Shown here: positions 22,511 through 32,182 of the stretch, piece by piece
Numbering within the stretch: position 1 is the first letter of the stretch
Layout of the letters: each line of letters opens with the position of its first letter
Source: a virus
Taxonomy: Duplodnaviria > Caudoviricetes
IMG/VR virus record: IMGVR_UViG_3300028920_000023
DNA: 64,000 nucleotides
Direction: 5' to 3' (one strand)
Position numbers and translations under genes: made by a program
The notes under the pieces: generated by a model
The model's input: only the letters and a program-made list of their open reading frames with translations
The model's database searches: none
Told to the model about the DNA's origin: nothing

Positions 22511-23707
22511 CTACCCCAACCCACCAACCAAATCCAAAATCCTCGGCACCGCATCCCGATGATCCCACCTATTAAAAAACCCCGTAAACGGCCAAGGATT
22601 ATAAGAACTACAAAAGAAAAACCTCCGCCTCAAAGACTCACACAAATTCCTACCAGCCCAATCATAACTCTCAGCCTCCGCAGCAAACCGCCTCCGCCTA
22701 TTCTCATCACTAACATCAGGATTCCTACCATAATGATGCAACCTACCACCCACAGCACACATATCCACACCAAACAAAAACACCCTCTCATAACCCATAT
22801 AAGCAATCACCTGCATAGCCGCATACGTACTCGACCTACCAATATGAAAACCCTCAGCAACATCCAAACAAAAACCACGACCCGCCCTAGCCCTAAACAC
22901 AAACTGATTACCACGCCTCACCCTAACATTCGTACTATTCAACACAACACCACCAAAACCATCAAACGCCTCAACATTCCTACGATACTGAGAATTATCA
23001 CAAAACATCCAAAACTCACAAGGCCACAACGGCAAAAACGGCTTATTCACACACATCACATCAACCAAACCACACCCACCAACACCAGAAAAATCAACCT
23101 CACCAACACTAGGACCACAAGCCACCACAACCAAAAACCTACCACGACCCCTACCCAACAAACACTCACGCACACGAGCAGCACAAGTAACACCACCCCC
23201 ACCACCACGAACCCTACCACCACCCCTCACAACACCACCCCTCACAACACCACCCCCACCCAACAACCTACGACGCCGCTCCACCACAGCCCCAACCCCA
23301 GACCTAACCCTAGACCTAGACTCCACAACCCCCTTAGACTCAACCCTAGGCTTAGACTTAGACTTAGACTCCACAACCCCCTTAGACTCAACCCTAGGCT
23401 TAGACTTAGACTCCACAACCCCCTTAGACTCAACAACCCTCACAGGCTCCCTAGACCTAGGCTCAACAACCCTAACCCTAGACTTAACAAGCCTCACAGG
23501 CCCAACCACAGACCTAACAGACCTAGGCCTCACAGACCTAGGCCTCACCACCACAGCAGACCCAGACACCCCACCCCTAGAATACACAGGCACACCCACA
23601 CGCCTACCCGCACCCACATTACAAGCAGCCACACCAAACCTACCAAAATCACCAGGACACAAACGACGAACCCTCACACCAACACCCATAAACACCCCCA
23701 ACCCCAA
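22511..23707 (-). CDS. Basic repeat N-terminus (VESK/PR) plus DUF115/MptE-like (glycosylation-associated) domain
   Basis: VVACGPSV, CVN, WMFCD, GRSSTYAAMQVIAYMGYERVFLFGVDM, HHYG. Confidence 0.7.
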   Translation of the reverse strand: MGLGVFMGVGVRVRRLCPGDFGRFGVAACNVGAGRRVGVPVYSRGGVSGSAVVVRPRSVRPRSVRSVVGPVRLVKSRVRVVEPRSREPVRVVESKGVVESKSKPRVESKGVVESKSKSKPRVESKGVVESRSRVRSGVGAVVERRRRLLGGGGVVRGGVVRGGGRVRGGGGGVTCAARVRECLLGRGRGRFLVVVACGPSVGEVDFSGVGGCGLVDVMCVNKPFLPLWPCEFWMFCDNSQYRRNVEAFDGFGGVVLNSTNVRVRRGNQFVFRARAGRGFCLDVAEGFHIGRSSTYAAMQVIAYMGYERVFLFGVDMCAVGGRLHHYGRNPDVSDENRRRRFAAEAESYDWAGRNLCESLRRRFFFCSSYNPWPFTGFFNRWDHRDAVPRILDLVGGLG

Positions 23708-23797
23708 TCAAACATCACCAAAAACCCGCTCCAAAACCCGCTCCAAACCCCCCACAAAAACCCAACAAACCACAATATCTTTGCAACACCAACACCC

Positions 23798-24181
23798 TCA
23801 CACAAAATTCTCAGGAAACAACCGCCGAACATCCTCCAACACCAAACCACAAAAACACCCAAAATGCTCCCTACCCCTCCTCAACTTATTCATCTTACTA
23901 AACAACACCCTAAACACAGTAGTCGTAACCAAATTAAACACCGGAGCACGACCAGGCTCAAAACACAACCTACCCGAACCAATCTTATCCAACACCACCA
24001 CAAACGCATCCTGCACATGCTCACAAAACTCATCCTCATCCCTAGGATGAAACCGCCTAGCCACACCCTCACAAATCCTAAACACCAACACACCAACACG
24101 CTCCCAAGCCACAACACAACCCGTCTCCAACCAACCACCCCACCACTCCTCCAACTCCACCGAATCAACATAAAAACCCAT
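23798..24181 (-). CDS. Sigma-factor region-2-like protein (T4 gp55-like late sigma candidate)
   Basis: EHVQDAFVVVLDKI..F.P..APVFNLVTTTVFRVLFSKMNKL resembles the gp55/sigma region 2 pattern. Confidence 0.55.
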   Translation of the reverse strand: MGFYVDSVELEEWWGGWLETGCVVAWERVGVLVFRICEGVARRFHPRDEDEFCEHVQDAFVVVLDKIGSGRLCFEPGRAPVFNLVTTTVFRVLFSKMNKLRRGREHFGCFCGLVLEDVRRLFPENFV

Positions 24182-24295
24182 AACAAAACCCCCAAACAAA
24201 AACCCAAAAAACAAAAAATACCACCCCACAACAAAACAACAACCCCCAATTCCCCCCAAAACAAAACACGATAACAAACCCAAAAAGGAAAAACC

Positions 24296-24553
24296 ATGCA
24301 CCACAACCCACCACCAAACCCCACAACCCAAGACACCTACCAAACACTACAACAAAGACTACCAAAAAACGCACAAACACTACTACACATACTCAACCCC
24401 GACACAAGACCACACAACTACACACAACAATACGGAAACACCACACCCAAAAACACACACCTAGCAAAATACCTAAACACCACACCCAAACAAATCAAAA
24501 AACTCAAAAAAACAATCCAACACCACGCACAACTACTACAACTAGGACACTAA
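24296..24553 (+). CDS. Small HTH-like protein
   Basis: HLAKYLNTTPKQIKKLKKTI; AAGGA RBS. Confidence 0.5.
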   Translation: MHHNPPPNPTTQDTYQTLQQRLPKNAQTLLHILNPDTRPHNYTQQYGNTTPKNTHLAKYLNTTPKQIKKLKKTIQHHAQLLQLGH

Positions 24554-24618
24554 CACCCCCTACCTAACTAACCTAGGTGTAGATAATAGAACAAAGAAAA
24601 ACCAAAAGGAGAAAGAAA

Positions 24619-24855
24619 ATGTTAGTAAACGGAACAAAAACTAACGGAAAGATAATCAAGAAAGTTTCAGGAAGTAGCATATCACTAGATCTCATAACAT
24701 CTTCAGCAGAATTATCGAAAGTACCATTGGATAAAATTGAACAAGAAATCAAAATAAACGGCGCAACTGTGTCTGGGCAGATATATTCTATCACAGGCAG
24801 AGTCGTGAAAATCAGAATCTACGGAGATCAGGAAGAACAAAGAAAAATCGCTTAA
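24619..24855 (+). CDS. Hypothetical protein
   Basis: AAAGGAG RBS, 78 aa. Confidence 0.7.
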   Translation: MLVNGTKTNGKIIKKVSGSSISLDLITSSAELSKVPLDKIEQEIKINGATVSGQIYSITGRVVKIRIYGDQEEQRKIA

Positions 24856-24894
24856 ACAATTTAGTGTGTTTTCTGCGCACGATACCACAGTCAC

Positions 24895-27333
24895 ATGCGC
24901 AGAAAACACACCATCCCAAACATAATCGACACATCCGCCTTCGAAACAAACACCGACGCCAGACGGCCAACTAGACGCCAAACAAAAGCCGAAAACATAC
25001 AGCTCAGACCCTATCAAAAAGAACCACTACAAGCAGCACAGAAAAACCACGACCACACGCTCATTGTGCACCCGTGCGGTGCCGGAAAAACACTAATTGC
25101 TCAGGCCCTAGCCAAGCACTACCTAGATAAGCAATACAAAGTACTCATAGCGACACCTAAACGGATAATCCTAACAAACTTCGAAAACCCACCCAAAATA
25201 GATGGACACCACATACCTCGACCAATAATATTCGAACATTCAAGAATAGAAGAATTAAAGAAAGCACTACACAAACCACACCCAGTGGATATCTACTGCG
25301 CATGCCATGACAGCACAACAGAAGTATTAGAAGAACCACAAAATACAAGACTTTGCCTCATTATCGATGAAGCACACTACCTCGGAGGAAAAACCAAATT
25401 AGGCCAACTCATACACCAAATATCAAGACAACACCCAACACACCTATTGACAGCCACAGACTTCAGAACAGACAACTACGACATCTGCGATAGAAATAAA
25501 TACCACATAATAAAAAGAACAATACACCAACATCATATAGAAGGCTACTGCCCAAACATCAACATCCACTTCAGACTAAGACAAGACCAAGAACAATTAA
25601 TAGACGCAATCGTAAGAGAATTGAAATCACAACACAAAAAAGGAATCAAAAACAAAACAATCATATACGCCTGCACAGAAGAAACACAGACAGACTACAG
25701 AACATTCGCCTACGAACTAGAAAAACGACTAAAAGCAGAAATTCCAAATATCAGAATACTCAACCTTGGATCAACAGACGGAAAGAAACTCGTCTCCGAA
25801 ACATCCCAGGCCAAAAAGCAATACCGCAAATTAAAAAACAGCAACTACGACGTAGTAATCAACATCAACGTACTAAAGGAAGGAATAGATTGGCCACCAT
25901 GTAACCAAGTCTTCCTACCAAAAGTACCAAACTCAATGAACACCCTAATCCAATGCATCGGTAGAACCCTCAGACCAAAAGAGAAAACATCAGACATATA
26001 CTTCTTCGAACCTATCAGAGACACACCAGAAAACAAACAGGAACTAAACTGGCCATTATTCAAGCTATTGGCAAGACTAGCAGCATTCATACTCGGTGAA
26101 GAATTCAATCAACCATTTCGTGGCTTAGAAATAGACGAAAAATTAAGGCAAAAAACCCAAAAAGACCAACAACAAACCACACAACAAAAACAACAAGCTT
26201 TAACAGAAGCAATAATGGACATCCACCAAGAGAGATCGACCAACACACAAACAATACAACAACTCCAAGAAGAACTGGAAATAACGCAATACAAAGCAAC
26301 CGAACTAACATATAGTACGTTAGACGACACTAAAAAAGAATTCAAGGACAAATTAGAAGAATTCTCTAGAAATAAAATCATAAATGAAAAAGATTTCAAA
26401 GAATTCATAGAACAACCAGAAATACAAGAAATATTTAACAGGTTAAAACCTAAGAAAACTCTTCTCGAAACTTATGGTATAATAACATCCAACACAACCC
26501 ACGAAGTAAAGAAAATACTAGAGCAATCCTCACATCTAGAAAGACTAGACCAATGTGAAGAATTCAAAAGAAAACACAACCGAAAACCATCCCACGATAT
26601 CCCAGAAGAAAGAAGCCTAGCACAATACATCACCCGCACAATAACTGGTATCTACAAACCACCAAAATGGTTCTGGGATAAAAACGATCCCCGAAGCATG
26701 CACGCAAGAGGACTAGCAGATTGGTTTACACCAAAACCAAACGCAGAAGAATTAGACAAAAAATTATGCCAAGAATTGCTAAAATTAGGGAAAAGACCAG
26801 AAAAAGGACACCCTCTATTCGATAAAACAGTAAAACTTAGGAGCAAAATCAAAAGAAAAGAAACAACACCAAAAATAAACGACGCTATTAATCAGAATCC
26901 CATACTACAAGAAATATTATCACCACAATCCGACCACAGATATGAGCAAGTATTCACAAAATGCCTAGAATTAACAAAAGAATGGATAAAGAAAAACCCA
27001 GACGGAAGAAAACCAACGAAAGCATACCCAAGAAACACGCTTGAAAGCAAATTGGCTCAATACCTTAGCCACATAAGAAACAGATGTCCAGAAAAACCAC
27101 CATGGTTCCTAGATGAAATGGCCAAAATCCACCCAAACACCATCAACTGGCTAAACAAAATCCAAAGAAAAACGAATCAAGAAAGAAACAAAGAATATGA
27201 CGAATTTGTCAAAAAAGAAAGGCGAAAACCCTCCAAAAGGTCAAGAAACAAAGAAGAACGCAATCTCGCCACCTTTAAACAAAACCAAAAAAGAAAACAG
27301 AAACAACAAAAAACACCACTACAAACAACATAA
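24895..27333 (+). CDS. Superfamily 2 helicase with C-terminal helicase-associated-like repeats
   Basis: LRPYQ, HPCGAGKT, IIDEAH, TAT, LKEGIDWP, IQCIGRTLR; repeated RKPS...E..LA.(Y/F). Confidence 0.88.
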   Translation: MRRKHTIPNIIDTSAFETNTDARRPTRRQTKAENIQLRPYQKEPLQAAQKNHDHTLIVHPCGAGKTLIAQALAKHYLDKQYKVLIATPKRIILTNFENPPKIDGHHIPRPIIFEHSRIEELKKALHKPHPVDIYCACHDSTTEVLEEPQNTRLCLIIDEAHYLGGKTKLGQLIHQISRQHPTHLLTATDFRTDNYDICDRNKYHIIKRTIHQHHIEGYCPNINIHFRLRQDQEQLIDAIVRELKSQHKKGIKNKTIIYACTEETQTDYRTFAYELEKRLKAEIPNIRILNLGSTDGKKLVSETSQAKKQYRKLKNSNYDVVININVLKEGIDWPPCNQVFLPKVPNSMNTLIQCIGRTLRPKEKTSDIYFFEPIRDTPENKQELNWPLFKLLARLAAFILGEEFNQPFRGLEIDEKLRQKTQKDQQQTTQQKQQALTEAIMDIHQERSTNTQTIQQLQEELEITQYKATELTYSTLDDTKKEFKDKLEEFSRNKIINEKDFKEFIEQPEIQEIFNRLKPKKTLLETYGIITSNTTHEVKKILEQSSHLERLDQCEEFKRKHNRKPSHDIPEERSLAQYITRTITGIYKPPKWFWDKNDPRSMHARGLADWFTPKPNAEELDKKLCQELLKLGKRPEKGHPLFDKTVKLRSKIKRKETTPKINDAINQNPILQEILSPQSDHRYEQVFTKCLELTKEWIKKNPDGRKPTKAYPRNTLESKLAQYLSHIRNRCPEKPPWFLDEMAKIHPNTINWLNKIQRKTNQERNKEYDEFVKKERRKPSKRSRNKEERNLATFKQNQKRKQKQQKTPLQTT

Positions 27334-27934
27334 CCCCTGGAGACAACACCTCCTTAAAATTATCCTAGACGAACAAATCGACCTAACACAATACCATATA
27401 CACACCCTAGGCGGAAAAGAATGGCACGAATACCACTACCTAGTACAATACGGCATCAAATTCGGAATAGAAACCTACCACAACATTAATATAGGATCAA
27501 TCGACCCACTGAACGACCCCCACACCAAAGCACACCCAAACCAAGACTTCCTAGACATAAGATGGTGGCAACACCCACCCAGAATACTCGCCTACGACAG
27601 CACACAAGCACTAACACCAAACAACCGACACATCATACAACACCTAGCATCCATCGCAGCATACGCCTGCAACCAACACCCAGATAAAACAGCATACCTA
27701 AGCATGAACTTCATGCTAACCCTAGAAGGAAACATCACCCCCGAGGGCCTCAAAACCCCCCAGCAACTAGAAGACGAATACAACACCTGGATCGATCTAG
27801 CCGAAAACCAAATACTAGCAAGACATCTAAAACCAATCTTATTACACGACCAAGGCCTGATAACCCAAATACAAGGAAAAAACACCAAAATGATAGCCAT
27901 ACACCTCAAAATCACGCACAACTACTACAACTAG
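27197..27934 (+). CDS. Hypothetical protein (true start probably near 27330-27350)
   Basis: 245-aa ORF whose 5' part overlaps the helicase. Confidence 0.6.
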   Translation: MTNLSKKKGENPPKGQETKKNAISPPLNKTKKENRNNKKHHYKQHNPWRQHLLKIILDEQIDLTQYHIHTLGGKEWHEYHYLVQYGIKFGIETYHNINIGSIDPLNDPHTKAHPNQDFLDIRWWQHPPRILAYDSTQALTPNNRHIIQHLASIAAYACNQHPDKTAYLSMNFMLTLEGNITPEGLKTPQQLEDEYNTWIDLAENQILARHLKPILLHDQGLITQIQGKNTKMIAIHLKITHNYYN

Positions 27935-27987
27935 GACACTAACACCAAAACACAAAAATACAACACAAAACACAGAGCAGAAAAAAC

Positions 27988-28476
27988 ATGAACCACAAAC
28001 TCCAAACCAAACTACAACAAACACTCCAAACCCAACTAACCAAACAACAACTACAACAATACCTAACCAAAAAAGGCCACACCAACCCACACCAACCCAT
28101 CAACCCACAAACCATACAAGACCTACCCCAACAAATACCCACACTCACACACAACACCGAAATACAACCCACAATCCAAAACATCAACCCCCAAACCAAC
28201 ACAACCACCATCCAATGGAACCTCTACACCAACGCAACAAACCGCCTAAACCTAGGAACCACAACCCACACCAACCTAAACAACATCAACACCCCAATAC
28301 ACACCACACCACAACAACAAACAAACCCAAACTGGACAACACCACACAAACTCACACAATTCATAACCAAAACCCTACAAAAACACAAAACCCAACAACA
28401 AACCCAAAACACACAACAAACAACCCCACCACCACAAACACAAAACCCAACCACAAACCAACACCAACCCACATAA
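27988..28476 (+). CDS. Low-complexity Q/T/N-rich ORF
   Basis: Possibly a product of the extreme A/C skew. Confidence 0.35.
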   Translation: MNHKLQTKLQQTLQTQLTKQQLQQYLTKKGHTNPHQPINPQTIQDLPQQIPTLTHNTEIQPTIQNINPQTNTTTIQWNLYTNATNRLNLGTTTHTNLNNINTPIHTTPQQQTNPNWTTPHKLTQFITKTLQKHKTQQQTQNTQQTTPPPQTQNPTTNQHQPT

Positions 28477-28510
28477 AACCCCCAAAACCCACCACAAACC
28501 CAACACACAA

Positions 28511-28824
28511 AAACCACACACTCGCAAAAAAACAAACCGGGTCCTACATAACACATAAAAACCAACGCACGGAAACCACACACTCGCAAAAAAACAAACC
28601 GGGTCCTACATAACACATAAAAACCAACGCACGGAAACCACACACTCGCAAAAAAACAAACCGGGTCCTACATAAAAACCAACACTCGCTAAAAAACGAT
28701 ACAAAACCCAACGCACGGAAACCACACACTCGCAAAAAAACAAACCGGGTCCTACATAAAAACCAACACTCGCTAAAAAACGATACAAAACCCAACGCAC
28801 GGAAACCACACGCTCGCTAAAAAA
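28511..28824. repeat. Non-coding tandem repeat (periods 62, 62, 84, 84 nt; core AAACCGGGTCCTACATA)
   Basis: AAACCACAC unit starts at 28511, 28573, 28635, 28719, 28803. Confidence 0.9.
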
Positions 28825-28918
28825 GGGCCTGACCCCCTCACCAAGAATATCCACCACATGTGCGCCATAATTCGGTAGATAATCCCCCCTTATGGCGGAC
28901 AGCCCCGTTCAGCGGCCA

Positions 28919-29156
28919 CGGTCGCCAGACAAAGCTGCCCGCCACAAACCCCACAGCGCAGAAAACAAAGACACGCTGGAAGGGCGGTCGCCAGACAAAG
29001 CTGCCCGCCACAACACCAGCAGAACGGGGACAGCAGGCCACCGGACAAGCCGGTCGCCAGACAAAGCTGCCCGCCACAAACCCCACAGAGGGGACGCAAC
29101 ACCGGCACAGCAGGCCACCGGACAAGCCGGTCGCCAGACAAAGCTGCCCGCCACAA
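28919..29156 (+). repeat. Four 29-nt direct repeats CGGTCGCCAGACAAAGCTGCCCGCCACAA
   Basis: Starts at 28919, 28985, 29051, 29128 (periods 66, 66, 77). Confidence 0.93.
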
Positions 29157-29229
29157 ACCGAACAGGACGGAAGCCACTGGAGGCAACCGCCCACAAACCC
29201 CAGAGCCCAAAAGGGCAAGGAGACAGAAC

Positions 29230-29589
29230 ATGGACAAGGCAATCGCAGAATTGGTGAAGAACAACGGCCTCACCGAAGAGCAAGCCACAATCGTCATCAA
29301 AGCTCAAGAGGTCCAGGCCAAGAAAAACCAGAAGGCCCTGGAAAAGGTGAGCAAATACCCACACGCCATCACTGAGACCCTTCGCCACGATCCCGTTGCG
29401 AAGAAGAATCAGGTCCAAATTCGCTGCGTCGAGTGCGGCGACACCACACGCTGGGTCTACACCTCAGACCTCTTCCAGGTCAAGCACTGCACAGAGTGCG
29501 GAAAGAAAGCTCGGGCCGAGAAGGCCAAGCAGAAGGCAGCCGAAACCAAAGCGGCCCTCGAGGCTTACAGGCAGAGCCTCCTGAAATAA
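29230..29589 (+). CDS. Zn-ribbon protein (paralog of 32515-32874)
   Basis: CVECG..HCTECG; AAGGAG RBS. Confidence 0.85.
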   Translation: MDKAIAELVKNNGLTEEQATIVIKAQEVQAKKNQKALEKVSKYPHAITETLRHDPVAKKNQVQIRCVECGDTTRWVYTSDLFQVKHCTECGKKARAEKAKQKAAETKAALEAYRQSLLK

Positions 29590-29598
29590 GGAGACTTT

Positions 29599-29630
29599 CC
29601 TCCGGGGAAAGCTCAAGCTTTCCCCGGAGG
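29599..29630 (+). other. Perfect 14-bp hairpin immediately before hammerhead 1 (no U-tract)
   Basis: CCTCCGGGGAAAGC-TCAA-GCTTTCCCCGGAGG. Confidence 0.8.
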
Positions 29631-29633
29631 GCA

Positions 29634-29687
29634 CCCAACTGAAGAGGCCAGGCGGTCCCTGGCCGAAACACCCTCGGGTGTCTTGGG
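29634..29687 (+). ncRNA. Canonical type I hammerhead ribozyme, copy 1
   Basis: Stem I CCCAA/UUGGG; CUGAAGA; stem II GGCCAGG-CGGUC-CCUGGCC; GAAA; stem III CACC-CUCG-GGUG; GUC cleavage site after 29682. Confidence 0.92.
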
Positions 29688-29737
29688 AAACCACAGTCTT
29701 TCCAGCGAGGACAACCACAGAACACAAGGAGACCATC

Positions 29738-29929
29738 GTGGAATTCGTCTTCAGAGCCAGAGAACTTATGCATCTTCAATCTTTCGCCTTGCTTGTCACC
29801 AAGCTTAAGCGCTTGCACATCGAGTTCCACCTTAAGTGGACTGACGATGCTATGCAAGTGTCTTTGATTACAAACACAAAGATCGACCTTTGTATAGTCT
29901 CTAGACCATATCTGCGTGAACCCAACTGA
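29738..29929 (+). CDS. 63-aa ORF between two identical hammerheads
   Basis: AAGGAG RBS, GTG start; stop TGA is the hammerhead core UGA. Confidence 0.55.
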   Translation: MEFVFRARELMHLQSFALLVTKLKRLHIEFHLKWTDDAMQVSLITNTKIDLCIVSRPYLREPN

Positions 29930-29974
29930 AGAGGCCAGGCGGTCCCTGGCCGAAACACCCTCGGGTGTCTTGGG
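29921..29974 (+). ncRNA. Canonical type I hammerhead ribozyme, copy 2 (identical 54 nt)
   Basis: Same sequence as 29634-29687; cleavage after 29969. Confidence 0.92.
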
Positions 29975-29998
29975 AAACCACATTGAAAGGAGGCAGAA

Positions 29999-30328
29999 AT
30001 GCCAAACCAGATCCCAAGCAACCTCCCCGGACACGTGCAGCGGAGGCTGCTTTCCCAGGTGGAAAGGCCCGCAAGGGCTTTCTTGCTTGCGACGGAACTC
30101 GCGAAATCCTGGAAGACCTCTTCATTCCTTGAGGAAGACAACATTGAGCAAAAATTCCTCACGGCCTATGGGGCCTGCGAGCCCAACCTCCAGAAGCGCC
30201 TCTCACAGGCTCTCAAGAGATATCGAAGAGCCTGCAGGCAAGCCAACATTTCGCCGGATGACCGCTTCAGCGTCCTCCGATACACCCACCTCAAGCCGAA
30301 GAAAATCCCAGTGAACAGCTTGGCCTGA
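29999..30328 (+). CDS. Hypothetical protein
   Basis: AAAGGAGG RBS. Confidence 0.8.
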   Translation: MPNQIPSNLPGHVQRRLLSQVERPARAFLLATELAKSWKTSSFLEEDNIEQKFLTAYGACEPNLQKRLSQALKRYRRACRQANISPDDRFSVLRYTHLKPKKIPVNSLA

Positions 30329-30388
30329 ACCAAGCGAAGCCCTTTCCTCTCTGGAAAGGGCAGGGACACAGAAGGAGAAAGGAGAAGG

Positions 30389-30589
30389 ATGACAAACGCA
30401 GAACTCATCGAGCTGCTCCAGAAGCAGCCGCCCGAGCAGGAAGCCCTGCTCACGATAGTGGACGAAGACACAATGACAACCTCGGTGGAGGCCCTCCACC
30501 GGGTTGACAAAGAAGAACTCATCCAGGATGGGTTCGACCTCGAAGACGCTAAAGATGCCGAGCCTATCGGTATCTTCATCAAGCGATAA
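30389..30589 (+). CDS. Small acidic protein
   Basis: AAGGAG RBS; MTNAELIELLQKQPPE pattern. Confidence 0.8.
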   Translation: MTNAELIELLQKQPPEQEALLTIVDEDTMTTSVEALHRVDKEELIQDGFDLEDAKDAEPIGIFIKR

Positions 30590-30767
30590 ATCTGTGCTCG
30601 AAAAACCCGCATGGAGCGCCTGCCAAGGCCCCATGAGATGGGGGACTCACATCGGCACCGACCGGAAACCGGTACGGGGTTTCCCCGAGCACTTGAAAAG
30701 AACGAAGCCCTTTCCTCACTGGAAAGGGCCGGGGCAACAGAAAGGAGAAAACATGCAAGTCGTTAGT

Positions 30768-30811
30768 TCCTGATGAGTTTTCGAAACCCTCTCCCACCGG
30801 AGAGGGTAGGG
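30768..30811 (+). ncRNA. Minimal hammerhead-like motif (family A), canonical core, GUA site
   Basis: CUGAUGA-G(UUUU)C-GAA-ACCCUCUCC/GGAGAGGGU-A-GGG. Confidence 0.7.
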
Positions 30812-30829
30812 ACACAGAAAGGAGAAAAC

Positions 30830-31217
30830 ATGAACGAAGAACAATTCATCACGAACCTGCTTACGGAGATCGTTAAACCCGAGTACGACATCCAGCAGGG
30901 GGAAGCAGTCGCAGTCAAATACGTCCCTGGGGACGTCCCAGCTTACGATTTGATCGTAAACGTCAAAGAGAAGAACTATGGACAAATGAAACTATCAGTC
31001 CTTGGGTTCTTCATCCAGAAAGGAGAACGAGAGAGCTTTCATGCTGATATCGAGCGGGATCACCTCGACGCCAAAGGAACCTTCACCTACTGGAGAAGCC
31101 TACTTCGATGAACTGGAAGAAAATCTGGAGCAAGTCCCAGACAAGAAAGCCGTCATCCAATACTTCTCCGAGACATTCGACGTATACACTACAACCGCTC
31201 TTGAAATGAACACCTGA
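30830..31217 (+). pseudogene. Hypothetical gene apparently split by a +1 frameshift near 31085
   Basis: ORF 30830-31111; protein-like text EAYFDELEENLEQ.. continues in the +1 frame to 31217. Confidence 0.5.
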
Positions 31218-31245
31218 AACACCTTATCAATCCTTGCTATATGCA

Positions 31246-31318
31246 ATTTGGCAGCTCTTGCTATCTCAAAATATTTTGACCCATATGATTCAGAACTCGA
31301 TTTGGCAGCTCTTGCTAT
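31246..31318. repeat. Pair of ATTTGGCAGCTCTTGCTAT 19-mers, 54 nt apart
   Basis: Copies at 31246 and 31300. Confidence 0.85.
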
Positions 31319-31353
31319 GTTGCTGTTAATACCCCCATACAAGAGAAGACAAG

Positions 31354-31397
31354 CCCTGACGAGAAAAGAAACCCTTTCCTCTCTGGAAAGGGTAGGG
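31354..31397 (+). ncRNA. Hammerhead-like motif (family A)
   Basis: CUGACGA-GAAAA-GAA-ACCCUUUCC/GGAAAGGGU-AGGG. Confidence 0.55.
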
Positions 31398-31417
31398 ACA
31401 CAGAAAAAGGAGAAAAC

Positions 31418-31852
31418 ATGGCCAAATACGTCTCGAAAGACAGAACGATGATCGTAGGAGTCCACAGCCTCAAACCCATCAAAAGACAAGACGGAAGAAA
31501 AAGACCACTCCAAGACATCCTCATCTCTCGCAAAGATGTCCTGGAATTAGAACTAACAACAAATTTCTACGACTTCCGAGAAGATCCAGGAAAACACCTG
31601 GCAGACCCAAACATCCAAGTAGCCCATCAATTCCAAGGGCTAAAAGCCCTCGGACGAACCAGTACCTGGTACTTCCTCATCGAGAACAAACTCTACCGAC
31701 GTCTCAGCTACACCGACCTCGGAATAAAAGGCAAACGGCGCGGGTTATGCAATCAAAAACAAAACCGCCCCGTCTACTACGTCGTCGAAATGAGCACCAC
31801 AGCCCTCGACGACATCAAAGCAGAACTGAAGAAAACCAAATCCAACATCTGA
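31418..31852 (+). CDS. Hypothetical protein
   Basis: AAGGAG RBS; stop lies inside the next motif. Confidence 0.8.
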   Translation: MAKYVSKDRTMIVGVHSLKPIKRQDGRKRPLQDILISRKDVLELELTTNFYDFREDPGKHLADPNIQVAHQFQGLKALGRTSTWYFLIENKLYRRLSYTDLGIKGKRRGLCNQKQNRPVYYVVEMSTTALDDIKAELKKTKSNI

Positions 31853-31889
31853 CGAGAAACGAATCCCTTTCCCAACTGGAAAGGGAAGA
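31848..31889 (+). ncRNA. Hammerhead-like motif (family A, U15.1-A16.1)
   Basis: CUGACGA-G(AAA)C-GAA-UCCCUUUCC/GGAAAGGGA. Confidence 0.55.
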
Positions 31890-31909
31890 ACCCAAACAAG
31901 GAGGAACAC

Positions 31910-32107
31910 ATGGCAACAGTAAAATACAAAATCAGATTCTTCACCGGACACTTCGCAGGACACACCCTCACCCAAGAACTCAGCTTCCCAAACACCAGAA
32001 TAGCAAGAAACTGGATACAAAACGTCCAACTCCGCATACTCCCAGAGAACTACTTCGATAACGAACGCTTCCTAGGCGACTTCGAAATCTCCGAGCTATG
32101 CCCCTGA
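31910..32107 (+). CDS. Hypothetical protein
   Basis: AAGGAGG RBS. Confidence 0.8.
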   Translation: MATVKYKIRFFTGHFAGHTLTQELSFPNTRIARNWIQNVQLRILPENYFDNERFLGDFEISELCP

Positions 32108-32142
32108 CGACGAGAAAACCACCCAAAACAGGGTGGTTAGGG
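32101..32142 (+). ncRNA. Hammerhead-like motif (family A, stem II lost)
   Basis: CCC-CUGACGA-CGA-GAAA-ACCACCC/GGGUGGU-UA-GGG. Confidence 0.45.
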
Positions 32143-32182
32143 ACAAACCAGGAGGAAAACACATGCGCTAAAGGAGAAAAAC

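Noticed and set aside
22457-24274. 605-aa plus-strand ORF and many other long T/H/P/Q/N- or V/G/C/W-rich ORFs in the track
   Set aside because: Antisense shadows caused by the skew (the T-poor strand lacks stop codons); real genes lie on the opposite strand
28919-29156. CRISPR array (29-nt repeats with 37-48-nt spacers)
   Set aside because: Spacers share long segments with each other (ACAGCAGGCCACCGGACAAGC; ACCCCACAG), the repeat is not palindromic, and there are no cas genes
31246-31318. Sigma54 promoters (TGGCA..TTGC); a similar look-alike in the 28.9 kb repeats
   Set aside because: Spacing is 2 nt short here and 1 nt off at 28.9 kb; sigma54 spacing is strict
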